Shown piece after piece: positions 9,170-18,097 of a DNA stretch of 28,983 nt. A program made the position numbers and the translations under genes. The DNA is taken from IMG/VR virus record IMGVR_UViG_3300047545_000404, positions 1 to 28,983 of that record. One strand, written 5' to 3'. Origin of the DNA: a virus (Duplodnaviria > Caudoviricetes). Positions within the stretch are counted from its first letter, which is position 1, and every line of letters starts with the position of its first letter. The notes beneath the pieces are model-generated. The model was not told where the DNA came from, searched no databases, and saw only the letters and a list, made by a program, of their open reading frames with translations.

Positions 9170-10240
9170 ATGAAACCTAACAGCGATAGTTTAAGTAAAT
9201 TTTTTGATGTTGATCCGCTAGAAGTTCGTTTGTGGAAAGAGACCGGTGAATTTTTTGCAGGTAAAAGAGAATTGGATGATACAATAGATTGTATCTTTCA
9301 GTATTACCGCAAACACGGTTATCCATATATGAAAATCACCGAACAAGAAAAACATGAACACATGAGAAAACTACAACAGTTTGATTATGATAGTATTTTC
9401 AAAGACGGTGATATAATTCAAACCATGAACGGACTTCGGTTAGCGTGGTCATACTTTCCACACGCGATGGAAGTTAAATGTGGAAACTCAAAGATGTCTC
9501 CAATGGATAATTTTTTGAATGACCAAACATTCAAAATGACAATACGCAAATGTTTGAAGTGGTTGTCAAAACATTGGGGTAGTTCCTTTCAAGAGAATCG
9601 TCTTCGCCAATCACTTAAAATATATTCTGGTGTTCAAGGTGTTTCAAATTTCAGACCAACCGCTGCGGGTGTTATCTATAAAAAATACGGCGGTGACGGC
9701 GTAATGTGGGATATGTCTTGTGGTTGGGGTGGAAGATTGGTTGGTGCTCTTGCTTCACCATATATTAAAACTTATATTGGAACAGAACCATCAACAAAAA
9801 CATTTGAAGGACTATGTAAACTTCGTGATGACTTTGCTTATCTTGGTAAAGATATTCAATTGAACATGATGGGTTCAGAAGATTATCTTCCTGTAAAAGA
9901 TAGTTTGGATTTATGTTTTACATCGCCTCCATATTTCGATACTGAAAAATATGCAGATGAAGAAACTCAATCGTATAACAAATTTCCAACCCGTGAAACT
10001 TGGGGTTCTGGATTTCTTCAATCAACTTTCCGTAATTGTTATCACGGATTGAAAATGGGTGGCTATATGTTAATAAACATAGCCAACACGCCAAAGTATA
10101 AAGATTTGGAAGAAATGACTATAAAGTATGCCAACCTTGTTGGTTTCGATCACACCGATACTCTACAATTGATACTGTCCGCAGTAATGGGAGCCGGCTA
10201 TAAAAGAGAGCCAATCTTCGTATTTCAAAAAAATCGCTAG
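9170..10240 (+). CDS. amino-DNA methyltransferase (m4C/m6A type), paralog 3
   Basis: NFRPTAA, WDMSCGWGGR, YIGTEP, FTSPPYF, INIAN, EPIFVF; ATG at 9170 just after the upstream stop. Confidence 0.85.
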   Translation: MKPNSDSLSKFFDVDPLEVRLWKETGEFFAGKRELDDTIDCIFQYYRKHGYPYMKITEQEKHEHMRKLQQFDYDSIFKDGDIIQTMNGLRLAWSYFPHAMEVKCGNSKMSPMDNFLNDQTFKMTIRKCLKWLSKHWGSSFQENRLRQSLKIYSGVQGVSNFRPTAAGVIYKKYGGDGVMWDMSCGWGGRLVGALASPYIKTYIGTEPSTKTFEGLCKLRDDFAYLGKDIQLNMMGSEDYLPVKDSLDLCFTSPPYFDTEKYADEETQSYNKFPTRETWGSGFLQSTFRNCYHGLKMGGYMLINIANTPKYKDLEEMTIKYANLVGFDHTDTLQLILSAVMGAGYKREPIFVFQKNR

Positions 10241-10270
10241 GATATTAGGCGAAAATTTCATATATTAGCA
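10238..10270 (+). promoter_or_regulatory. putative promoter upstream of the clamp loader gene (TAGG-N19-TATATTAG)
   Basis: Second exact copy of AAAATTTCATATATTAGCA at 10252-10270, intergenic. Confidence 0.55.
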
Positions 10271-10299
10271 CATGAATTTATCAATCTATAAGGTATGTT

Positions 10300-11241
10300 A
10301 TGTTTAACCCTACACACACAATTTGGAATGAAAAGTATCGCCCACAAACACTTGACACTTATGTTGGCAACGATACTGTAAAGGCAACCTTTCAACAATA
10401 TATTGAGACAAACGATGTTCCACATTTACTTCTTTACGGTGATGCTGGTAGTGGTAAAACCACTCTTGCTAAGATTGTTGCAAATACTATTGCAAAAGAT
10501 AACTACATTTACATCAATGCTTCAGACGAAAATTCAGTAGATACTGTTCGTGATAAAATCAAACAGTTTGCTTCTTCAATTGGCTTTGGTGGGTTGAAAC
10601 TAATCATTCTCGATGAATGTGATTATATGACACCGAATGCTCAGGCGGCACTTCGTAATGTAATTGAAACATTCAGTAAGACAACTCGTTTCATTTTGAC
10701 TTGTAACTATGTAGATAAGATTATTGACCCAATTCAATCTCGTTGTCAAATCTTTAACATAGTTCCACCATCAAAGAAAGAAGTTGCACAACATCTTGTA
10801 AAGATTTTGAATGATGAAGGTGTAAAATATGAGAAAGATAATCTTGCAACAATTATCAATCAATCTTATCCAGATATTCGCCGTGTAATTAACACAACTC
10901 AACGGTGTGTTATTGGTGGTGTTTTGAAATTGGATGAAACAACTTTGGTTGAACACAATTATCTTTCTTCAATTCTCGATGTTTTGAAATCAAATAAAAA
11001 TAAAAAAGAAAAGTTCGATGGTATTCGTCAGTTACTTGCTGACAACCATGTAAGAGACTTCAATCAAATGTTTCGTTATCTTTATGATAATGTTGATTCA
11101 TTCGCAAATGGTTTCGTATCAACTATTATTTTGATTATAGCCGAAGCACAATACAAAGACAGTTTTGTTGTAGACCATGAAATAAATTCCATGGCTATGT
11201 TTATTCAAATTATTATGGAAATTGATCAAAGGAGAAAATGA
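10300..11241 (+). CDS. clamp loader AAA+ subunit (RFC small / T4 gp44-like)
   Basis: WNEKYRP, Walker A GDAGSGKTT, NASDE, Walker B ILDECD, AQAALR, SRC motif IQSRC, YPDIRR. Confidence 0.95.
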   Translation: MFNPTHTIWNEKYRPQTLDTYVGNDTVKATFQQYIETNDVPHLLLYGDAGSGKTTLAKIVANTIAKDNYIYINASDENSVDTVRDKIKQFASSIGFGGLKLIILDECDYMTPNAQAALRNVIETFSKTTRFILTCNYVDKIIDPIQSRCQIFNIVPPSKKEVAQHLVKILNDEGVKYEKDNLATIINQSYPDIRRVINTTQRCVIGGVLKLDETTLVEHNYLSSILDVLKSNKNKKEKFDGIRQLLADNHVRDFNQMFRYLYDNVDSFANGFVSTIILIIAEAQYKDSFVVDHEINSMAMFIQIIMEIDQRRK

Positions 11242-11507
11242 TGGGTATTTATGACATCAACGGTGGTGGACAACCACAACAAGAACAACAACAAGTAACG
11301 GTGGACATCAATCAAGCATCTGATATTGAATGTTCAAACTGTGGAAACAAATTCTTTCACGAAGTAACATTCTTCAAAAAGATTTCTGCACTACTTTCGC
11401 CAACAGGACAAGAGGGCATTATTCCAATTCCAACTTATGCTTGTTTGGAATGTGGTAATATCAATGATGAATTTATGCCAACAAAAAGGCAACAACTAAA
11501 CGATTAA
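11238..11507 (+). CDS. zinc-ribbon protein
   Basis: CSNC...CLEC pairs; GGAG RBS; ATGA overlap with the gp44-like gene. Confidence 0.8.
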   Translation: MMGIYDINGGGQPQQEQQQVTVDINQASDIECSNCGNKFFHEVTFFKKISALLSPTGQEGIIPIPTYACLECGNINDEFMPTKRQQLND

Positions 11508-11515
11508 GGATTATC

Positions 11516-11968
11516 ATGGCAAAAAGTTTATTTGATCATATTAAAGGTGTTACTTTCCGAAAAACAAAATGGGAAGAACTATCAGAAGAAGATACAAAGT
11601 CTTGGAGCAATTATATGATTGCCCGTTTCTTTTCAATGGAACCAGAATTTGTTGAGGCAATAAATGAATTTCAAACATATTCAAATGGAATACTATCTTC
11701 AAAGGATTACTATAAACTTTTGCTAGATATTCTCCCCAAGAAATCTATCTTTCTGAAATACATAAAATCAAAACACAAAATGGAAATAGAGCCGGAAATA
11801 CTATCTACATTTTGTAGTCACTTTGAATTGGGAAGAAATGAAGTTTACGAATATATCAGGTTTCTTAAAAATAATAATCAAGATGAACTGATTGATATAT
11901 TAAAACGATACGGAACGCCCGAAGTAGATATTACTAAATTTGAAAAACAATTAAAGAATATGAAATGA
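11516..11968 (+). CDS. clamp loader A subunit (T4 gp62-like)
   Basis: 'WSNYMIARFFSM...INEFQ...YYKLLLDILPKKSIFLKYIK' matches the recalled gp62 pattern (Y.PFMINR.LS...NE.N...Y.FL...I.K.K.F.KW.K); located near the gp44-like gene. Confidence 0.72.
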   Translation: MAKSLFDHIKGVTFRKTKWEELSEEDTKSWSNYMIARFFSMEPEFVEAINEFQTYSNGILSSKDYYKLLLDILPKKSIFLKYIKSKHKMEIEPEILSTFCSHFELGRNEVYEYIRFLKNNNQDELIDILKRYGTPEVDITKFEKQLKNMK

Positions 11969-11976
11969 GGAATAAA

Positions 11977-12348
11977 ATGTCAATTAAAGAAAGAGATTTG
12001 AGTTTAACACCTATTGGTGTTGTTAAAGAAATGGAAGATAAGTTTCCGGTTATGACTGCGGAATTTAAGAGAATACAACAGGCACAATATGAATTATTCT
12101 GTGCAAAACAGAGTAATTACGGTCCTGATAATATATCAATGGGCTCATCTTTAGAAAGACCGGAAGATAGAAAATTATCACTTCAAGGATTATTTTTCAG
12201 ATTGAATGATAAAATTAACAGATATAAACAAATGATTATGTTCGGTTCAAAAGATGCAGTCGGTGAAAGTCTTGATGATACATTCAAAGATATTTCTGTC
12301 TATGGTATCATTGCACAACTTGTTCAGTCTGGCAAGTGGGGTAAATAA
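11977..12348 (+). CDS. nucleotide modification-associated domain 1 (Nmad1/DUF1599) protein
   Basis: 'AKQSNYG..NI...RLNDKINR...ESLDDTFKDISVYGII' signature; GAGG RBS before ATG 11977 (alternative start 11965). Confidence 0.8.
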   Translation: MSIKERDLSLTPIGVVKEMEDKFPVMTAEFKRIQQAQYELFCAKQSNYGPDNISMGSSLERPEDRKLSLQGLFFRLNDKINRYKQMIMFGSKDAVGESLDDTFKDISVYGIIAQLVQSGKWGK

Positions 12349-13259
12349 TGCCTAACAGAAAAGTATCTTTTTCACAATATCAAATGTGGAAAGATTGTCC
12401 TCATAGATGGAAACTAACATACATTGATAAACTTGCAACATATCAACCATCAACCGCTGCTCTTTTTGGAACAGCGATGCACGAAGTATTGCAAGAATAT
12501 GTTAAGGCCATCTATGAGAAATCAATCGTTGAGGCAAATAAACTTGACCTCAATGAAATGTTACAGGCAGGTATTCGGAATGAATATAAAAAACTACTTA
12601 CCGAAAACAAAGATGTTCACTTTTCCACCGATAAAGAATTAAAAGAATACTATTCAGATGGTGTTCAAATCCTTAATTGGTTTAAGGCACATAGAGCTGA
12701 TTACTTTCAAAAGAAAGATTATGAATTGGTTGGTATTGAATTGCCTATAAACATAGTTCCACTCGAAACACATCCAACTGTTAAACTTGTTGGGTTTTTG
12801 GATTTGGTTATTAAGAATACAAAGACCGGTGAGATATACATATATGATTTCAAGACAAGTACAAATGGTTGGAACAAATATACAAAAGCTGATAAAGTAA
12901 AAACATCACAACTTGTTCTTTACAAAACATATTATGCAAAACAATATGGTATTAGTCCTGAGGAAATAAATGTTGAGTATTTAATTCTTCGTAGAAAGAT
13001 TATGGAAGATGCAGAATATGAGGCGATGAAACAGAGAGTTCAAAGATTTGAACCATCCAATGGCAAAGTTTCTCAAAACAATATCAAGAAAGAAATTGCA
13101 GAATTTATTACCACAAACTTTACCGAAGAAGGTGAATATAAATTAGAAGCAATACAACCTGCCGAAGGTGGTAACAATTATTCTAACTGCAAGTATTGTA
13201 ATTTCAATTCTAATGAAGAACTTTGTCCGAAAGAAAAAAGAAATATAATGCCCTTCTAA
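12348..13259 (+). CDS. PD-(D/E)XK nuclease, Cas4/AddB/RecB-like, with probable Fe-S cysteines
   Basis: SFSQ...CP, FGTAMHEVL, E...GFLDLV...IYDFKT, QL.LY, C-terminal CKYC-X8-C. Confidence 0.88.
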   Translation: MPNRKVSFSQYQMWKDCPHRWKLTYIDKLATYQPSTAALFGTAMHEVLQEYVKAIYEKSIVEANKLDLNEMLQAGIRNEYKKLLTENKDVHFSTDKELKEYYSDGVQILNWFKAHRADYFQKKDYELVGIELPINIVPLETHPTVKLVGFLDLVIKNTKTGEIYIYDFKTSTNGWNKYTKADKVKTSQLVLYKTYYAKQYGISPEEINVEYLILRRKIMEDAEYEAMKQRVQRFEPSNGKVSQNNIKKEIAEFITTNFTEEGEYKLEAIQPAEGGNNYSNCKYCNFNSNEELCPKEKRNIMPF

Positions 13260-13284
13260 AATTTAATGTTTTGTAAAAATACTA

Positions 13285-13299
13285 GATATTTATTGTAAA
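13285..13299 (+). promoter_or_regulatory. putative late promoter motif GATATTTATTGTAAA (copy 2), heading the glycosylation cluster
   Basis: Exact repeat of 1713-1727, intergenic, 20 nt before the GTG start. Confidence 0.55.
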
Positions 13300-13319
13300 C
13301 TAATATCATTAGGTGTTTC

Positions 13320-14705
13320 GTGAAAATCGCTCAATTAGCAATTATAGACTTGTCAGTTTATAGGGGCATACATACCTTTACAAAAAATATATCATCACTT
13401 GATAGTGTTGATACATTTTACTTTAATCCTAGCGAAACAAATAACTTCAAATCCGAATATCAGAACTGTATAGATATTTCTGAAATGGAAATAGGCGAAC
13501 TGAAAAATAAATTGGAAGGTTACGATATTGTTGTTTTGAACCTCAACAAATTTATCTACGATGTTGATGGTATCGAAAAAAGAAAACCAGAACACAAACA
13601 AAGATTGATTGACTTGGCAAAGATGTATTGTCAGTTGAATACTATAACTGCATTCTTTGACCATGAAATATACCCGTATGAGGGCATGCACTTCAATACA
13701 ATTTGTGTTCCTGCTTTCATAAAATATAGTGATTACTACTTAACATACACACCGTTCTTTGTGGATGCACTCAAAGAGTATATTGGAATGAGAGGGACTT
13801 CTCCATATACTTTTCAAGTCGGTGGTTATATTGACATGAGTATCTATGATAAATGGATTGAAAAATCATGGGTAGATAAAAAAGAACTACCATACATTTC
13901 AGAATGTGCATACTATGCCAAATTCAAAGGACACGGAAACTTCAAACCAATAGTAGAAACAATGGGTAAGTTGGGATTGAAAGACCTTTCAGGTAAGAAA
14001 TTGGTTCACATCGGAAACACTTACTCACCAGAAAATTATTTCAATCATGTAAAGATATTGGCCGAATACTCTAATGTTTCTCGTAAAACTTTTAGTGATA
14101 CATTTCTACCAGACTTTGATTTGGATCCAACCGTATTCAAAGTGTTCGATAACTATAAACCAATGATACTTGCCGGAACATACACAATGGAAAGTATGAT
14201 GGACTTTTTATCTGGATGTAGATTTAGTATATCAACAACAAATACAAAAGTGCCGTTCTTCGGAATGTTTATTACACCAAGATTTGAATACGCTCAAATA
14301 GAAAAGAACTTAATGACCATTCCAATTTATGATAAAACATATATTGATTTATTCAAAGGAACAGAATTTGCTGAATTAGTTTTGTCTTATGATATAAATG
14401 ATTTGGAAAATTCGTTAAAAAGTCTTATATTAGATATGCAAAAATTAGAACAAGATGAAGAAGAATATAACAGAAGAAGATTGAGATTGATAAGATTGAC
14501 CAGAGATATGAATAAACTTGATAACTTTGTTCGTGATATGAATGAAATAGTTTCAAATGGTAAAAGAAATAAAGATGGTTATTCAGAAGATTGGTTTAAT
14601 TCTTCGTTAGAACAAATGGGTTACAAGTTCAAACCATACCGTAAAATGCTCATTAACATGAACGGTGTTTCTTCAAACACAACACAAAAGTTTTTTAACA
14701 TATAA
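13320..14705 (+). CDS. GT-B glycosyltransferase, T4 DNA alpha-glucosyltransferase-like
   Basis: Colinear by-eye matches to T4 AGT as recalled: GIHTF~GVTKF, YDIVVLN~CDILIIN, FFDHE~YQHDH, YTFQ~YNFQ, GNTYSP~GLERSP, FEYAQIE..MTIPIY~LEYTHLE...GTIPVF, YDINDLE~FDENDME; AGGTG RBS. Confidence 0.65.
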   Translation: MKIAQLAIIDLSVYRGIHTFTKNISSLDSVDTFYFNPSETNNFKSEYQNCIDISEMEIGELKNKLEGYDIVVLNLNKFIYDVDGIEKRKPEHKQRLIDLAKMYCQLNTITAFFDHEIYPYEGMHFNTICVPAFIKYSDYYLTYTPFFVDALKEYIGMRGTSPYTFQVGGYIDMSIYDKWIEKSWVDKKELPYISECAYYAKFKGHGNFKPIVETMGKLGLKDLSGKKLVHIGNTYSPENYFNHVKILAEYSNVSRKTFSDTFLPDFDLDPTVFKVFDNYKPMILAGTYTMESMMDFLSGCRFSISTTNTKVPFFGMFITPRFEYAQIEKNLMTIPIYDKTYIDLFKGTEFAELVLSYDINDLENSLKSLILDMQKLEQDEEEYNRRRLRLIRLTRDMNKLDNFVRDMNEIVSNGKRNKDGYSEDWFNSSLEQMGYKFKPYRKMLINMNGVSSNTTQKFFNI

Positions 14706-14714
14706 AGGTTTCAC

Positions 14715-16139
14715 ATGACAAAGAAAAAGATATTATTGTTGTCAGATGATTTGAGACTAACTTCAGGTATTGCAACTGTATCTAGAGATATAGTTATTGG
14801 AACTTCTCATATATTTGATTGGGTTCAAGTTGGTGCAGCTATAAATCATCCAGACAAAGGAAAGGTTTTGGATCTTTCAGAGGATTTAAGAAAAACACAA
14901 GGTATTGAAAATGCCTCTGTTAAAATATATTGTAATGATGGTTATGGTGATCCATTCTTAATACGAAGATTGATTGATATTGAAAAACCAGATGCAATAC
15001 TTCACTTTACTGATCCGAGATTTTGGGGATGGTTGTATGATATGGAACACGAAATTCGTCAAAAAATGCCACTAATGTATTTGAACATTTGGGATGGTGC
15101 AGGATTGATTGGTGATACCGCAACCGATCCAATGTGGAACAAAGAAGCTTATTCCAGTTGTGATTTGTTAATGGCAATTTCAAAACAAACATACGGTCTG
15201 AATCATAGAATACTCCGCAGGTTTGGTCAGAATACGGAAAACGATAGAATAACATATGTTCCACACGGGATAAATACAGATGTCTTTATGCCAATAAATG
15301 AAGGTCATATACATTTTGATGCTTTGAAATTTGAAAGTAATAAAATTCGAGGTGGTGATCTAAATAAGTTTGTTGTTATGTGGAACAATAGAAATATACA
15401 CCGTAAACATCCAGGTGATGTTGTTCTTGCATATAAACATATGTGTCAATTGATTGACAAAGATGGTGGAAATGCCGCTAAAGATTGTTTGTTATTTATG
15501 CACACACAACCTGTTGATCCAAATGGAACTGATTTATTGGCACTTATCGGTGAGTTGTGCAATGATTATACCGTTTTATTTGATGATAAAATTATTCCGT
15601 CTGAAAGATTGAATGTATTATACAACGCCGCGGATGTTGTTGTTAATATGGCTTCAAATGAAGGATTTGGTTTGGGAACTGCTGAGGCGATTGCTGCCGG
15701 AACACCCATTGTTGTTAATGTAACAGGTGGAATGCAAGACCAATGTGGTTTTATCAATCCTGAAACAAATGATTATTTCACAGAAGACGATTATATTAAA
15801 ATACATACATTACATAGAAAAGATATTTGGAGTGATTTGAAACACGGTGAATGGGTTAAGCCAGTTTGGCCATCCAACATTTCATTACAAGGTTCAGTTC
15901 CAACCCCATATATTTTTGATGACCGTGCCGATTTCAGAGAAATTGGACAGGCATTATATGAGTGGTATAATACATCAAAAGAAGATAGAAAATCTGCTGG
16001 ACTAAAAGGCAGAGATTTTATATTGGATCCAAAAGTTGGTATGTCAAGAGAAAATATGGCAAATAGAATTATAGAAAGTATCAATAATACATTTGATACA
16101 TTCACTACAAGAAAAAGATTTGAATTACATTTAGCGTGA
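14715..16139 (+). CDS. glycosyltransferase family 4 (GT-B)
   Basis: TSGIATV, YVPHG, NRNIHRK, LYNAADV, EGFGLGTAEA (EX7E) motif. Confidence 0.9.
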   Translation: MTKKKILLLSDDLRLTSGIATVSRDIVIGTSHIFDWVQVGAAINHPDKGKVLDLSEDLRKTQGIENASVKIYCNDGYGDPFLIRRLIDIEKPDAILHFTDPRFWGWLYDMEHEIRQKMPLMYLNIWDGAGLIGDTATDPMWNKEAYSSCDLLMAISKQTYGLNHRILRRFGQNTENDRITYVPHGINTDVFMPINEGHIHFDALKFESNKIRGGDLNKFVVMWNNRNIHRKHPGDVVLAYKHMCQLIDKDGGNAAKDCLLFMHTQPVDPNGTDLLALIGELCNDYTVLFDDKIIPSERLNVLYNAADVVVNMASNEGFGLGTAEAIAAGTPIVVNVTGGMQDQCGFINPETNDYFTEDDYIKIHTLHRKDIWSDLKHGEWVKPVWPSNISLQGSVPTPYIFDDRADFREIGQALYEWYNTSKEDRKSAGLKGRDFILDPKVGMSRENMANRIIESINNTFDTFTTRKRFELHLA

Positions 16140-16148
16140 GGATATAAA

Positions 16149-17468
16149 ATGAGTTACAAACCAGAATTAGTTTTTTGTGGACCTGTTACAACAGTTAGTG
16201 GATATGGTGCTCATGCTAGAGATTTAGTATTATCCCTTATCAAAATGGATAAATTCAGAATTAAAATTGTTCCTATAAATTGGGGACATACACCGATGAA
16301 TGCTTTGAACGAAAGTAATCCGGAACATAAACAAATTTTAGATTTAATACATCCTGGATCATTGCAATCACAGCCAGATATTTGGATGCAGTGTACTATA
16401 CCGAATGAATTTAATCCAGTGGGTAAATTTAACATTGGAATTACTGCTGGTATAGAAACTGATATTTGCTCCGGTGAGTTCATCGAAGGGTGTAACAGAA
16501 TGAATATGATTATAGTTCCATCTAAACATGCAAAATGGGTATTTGAAAATACTCAATACGAAAAGAGGGATAAACAAACTAATCAAACTGTGGGATCAGT
16601 TTCCATAAATGTTCCAATTGAAGTTTTACATGAGGGTGTAAGAACAGACATATACACTTCAAATGCACCAATATCTAATTCAGTAAATGAAGAACTCGAT
16701 AAAGTTGTTGAAAATTTTTCATTCTTATTTGTTGGTCATTGGATGAAAGGAGATTTTGGTCAAGATAGAAAAGATGTATCTGGATTGGTTCATACATTTT
16801 TTGAAACATTTGGTGATACCCAAAATCCACCCGCATTGATATTGAAAACTTCATCTGGAGCATTTTCCATAACAGATAGAAGTAGAGTTGTTGAAAAAGT
16901 CAATTTAATTCGCAGTATGAGTAAGAAAAAACATTTACCGAATGTTTATGTTTTACACGGAGACTTAACTGATGAAGAAATGAACTCATTGTATAATCAT
17001 CCAAAAGTTAAGGCATTTGTTTCCTTTACAAAAGGAGAGGGTTATGGTAGACCTATTGCGGAATTTATGACAACTGGTAAACCTGTTTTAGTTCCAGGAT
17101 GGAGTGGGCAAGTTGATTTTGTTGATGAAAAATTTAATACATTCCTTAAAGGCGAATTAAAAGATGTTGATAAGAGTGCAATTTGGGAAGGTGTTATCAA
17201 TAAAGGAGCAAAATGGTTTAATGTTGATTATCAACATGCGGCAAAAATGATGCATAAAATTTATTCGGGTTATGGAACATCGTTGTTATCATCAAAAAAG
17301 AATATAAATCAAATGAATACAAAGTGGTCATTCGATAGTATGACTGAAAAATTTAGTGACATTATGGAAAAATATCTACCTAAATTTGCCGAAAAGGTGA
17401 AAATAAATTTACCACAATTAAAAGAATTGCCAAAATTAACTAAATTGAAAAAAGAGGAAACTAAATGA
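16149..17468 (+). CDS. glycosyltransferase family 4 (GT-B)
   Basis: SGYGAHAR, FLFVGHW...RK, GEGYGRPIAEF (EX7E), WSGQVDF. Confidence 0.9.
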   Translation: MSYKPELVFCGPVTTVSGYGAHARDLVLSLIKMDKFRIKIVPINWGHTPMNALNESNPEHKQILDLIHPGSLQSQPDIWMQCTIPNEFNPVGKFNIGITAGIETDICSGEFIEGCNRMNMIIVPSKHAKWVFENTQYEKRDKQTNQTVGSVSINVPIEVLHEGVRTDIYTSNAPISNSVNEELDKVVENFSFLFVGHWMKGDFGQDRKDVSGLVHTFFETFGDTQNPPALILKTSSGAFSITDRSRVVEKVNLIRSMSKKKHLPNVYVLHGDLTDEEMNSLYNHPKVKAFVSFTKGEGYGRPIAEFMTTGKPVLVPGWSGQVDFVDEKFNTFLKGELKDVDKSAIWEGVINKGAKWFNVDYQHAAKMMHKIYSGYGTSLLSSKKNINQMNTKWSFDSMTEKFSDIMEKYLPKFAEKVKINLPQLKELPKLTKLKKEETK

Positions 17469-18094
17469 TTTCATATACGATAACTGCATGCAATGAAGAT
17501 AGAGAATTACTTACATTGCTAGATACAATATCACCACACATAACCGATGATGATGAATTGATAATACAACTGGATGCAGATAGAGTTACAGACGATGTTC
17601 GTTCAGTTGTTGATAGATATTTAGAAACTATAAAAAATATGGTAGTAGTTGAGTTTCCACTTTCAAATGATTTTGCATCATTCAAAAATAATTTGAAAAG
17701 GTATTGTACAAAAAAATGGATATTCAATCTTGATGCCGATGAAGTTCCATCAATATATCTTTTGGAAAATATCAAAAATATATTAACAACAAATGATAGA
17801 GTTGATATGTTTCTAATTCCAAGATGGAATACAGTATTTGGTATTACACCGGATCACATTCAAAAATGGGGTTGGACTTTTGATAATGAAGAAAGAGTTA
17901 ATTGGCCAGATTATCAAACTCGAATATACAAAAACTTGGATTCAATAGTTTGGATAAATAAAGTTCACGAAAGAATAGATGGTTTCACAACATATGCTAA
18001 TATGCCCGAAGATGAGGCATATTGCATATACCACATGAAAACTATTAACAAACAAGAAAATCAAAATTTGTTTTATCAAACCATGGAAAAGTAA
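17465..18094 (+). CDS. glycosyltransferase family 2
   Basis: ISYTITACNE, DFASFKN, WIFNLDADE (DXD), WPDYQTR, VHE. Confidence 0.88.
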   Translation: MISYTITACNEDRELLTLLDTISPHITDDDELIIQLDADRVTDDVRSVVDRYLETIKNMVVVEFPLSNDFASFKNNLKRYCTKKWIFNLDADEVPSIYLLENIKNILTTNDRVDMFLIPRWNTVFGITPDHIQKWGWTFDNEERVNWPDYQTRIYKNLDSIVWINKVHERIDGFTTYANMPEDEAYCIYHMKTINKQENQNLFYQTMEK

Positions 18095-18097
18095 TAT

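Noticed and set aside
11270-11296. CAA-rich tract, and the GATGA-rich tract at 28860-28983
   Set aside because: Explained by low-complexity Gln-rich and Asp/Glu-rich coding sequence
12348-13259. Cas4-like nuclease as evidence of a CRISPR-Cas locus
   Set aside because: No repeat-spacer array or other cas genes seen; solo Cas4-like nucleases are common in phages
3021-13259. Methyltransferases plus PD-(D/E)XK nuclease as a classical restriction-modification system
   Set aside because: The nuclease is of the RecB/Cas4 exonuclease type, is not adjacent to the MTases, and the context is a phage replisome
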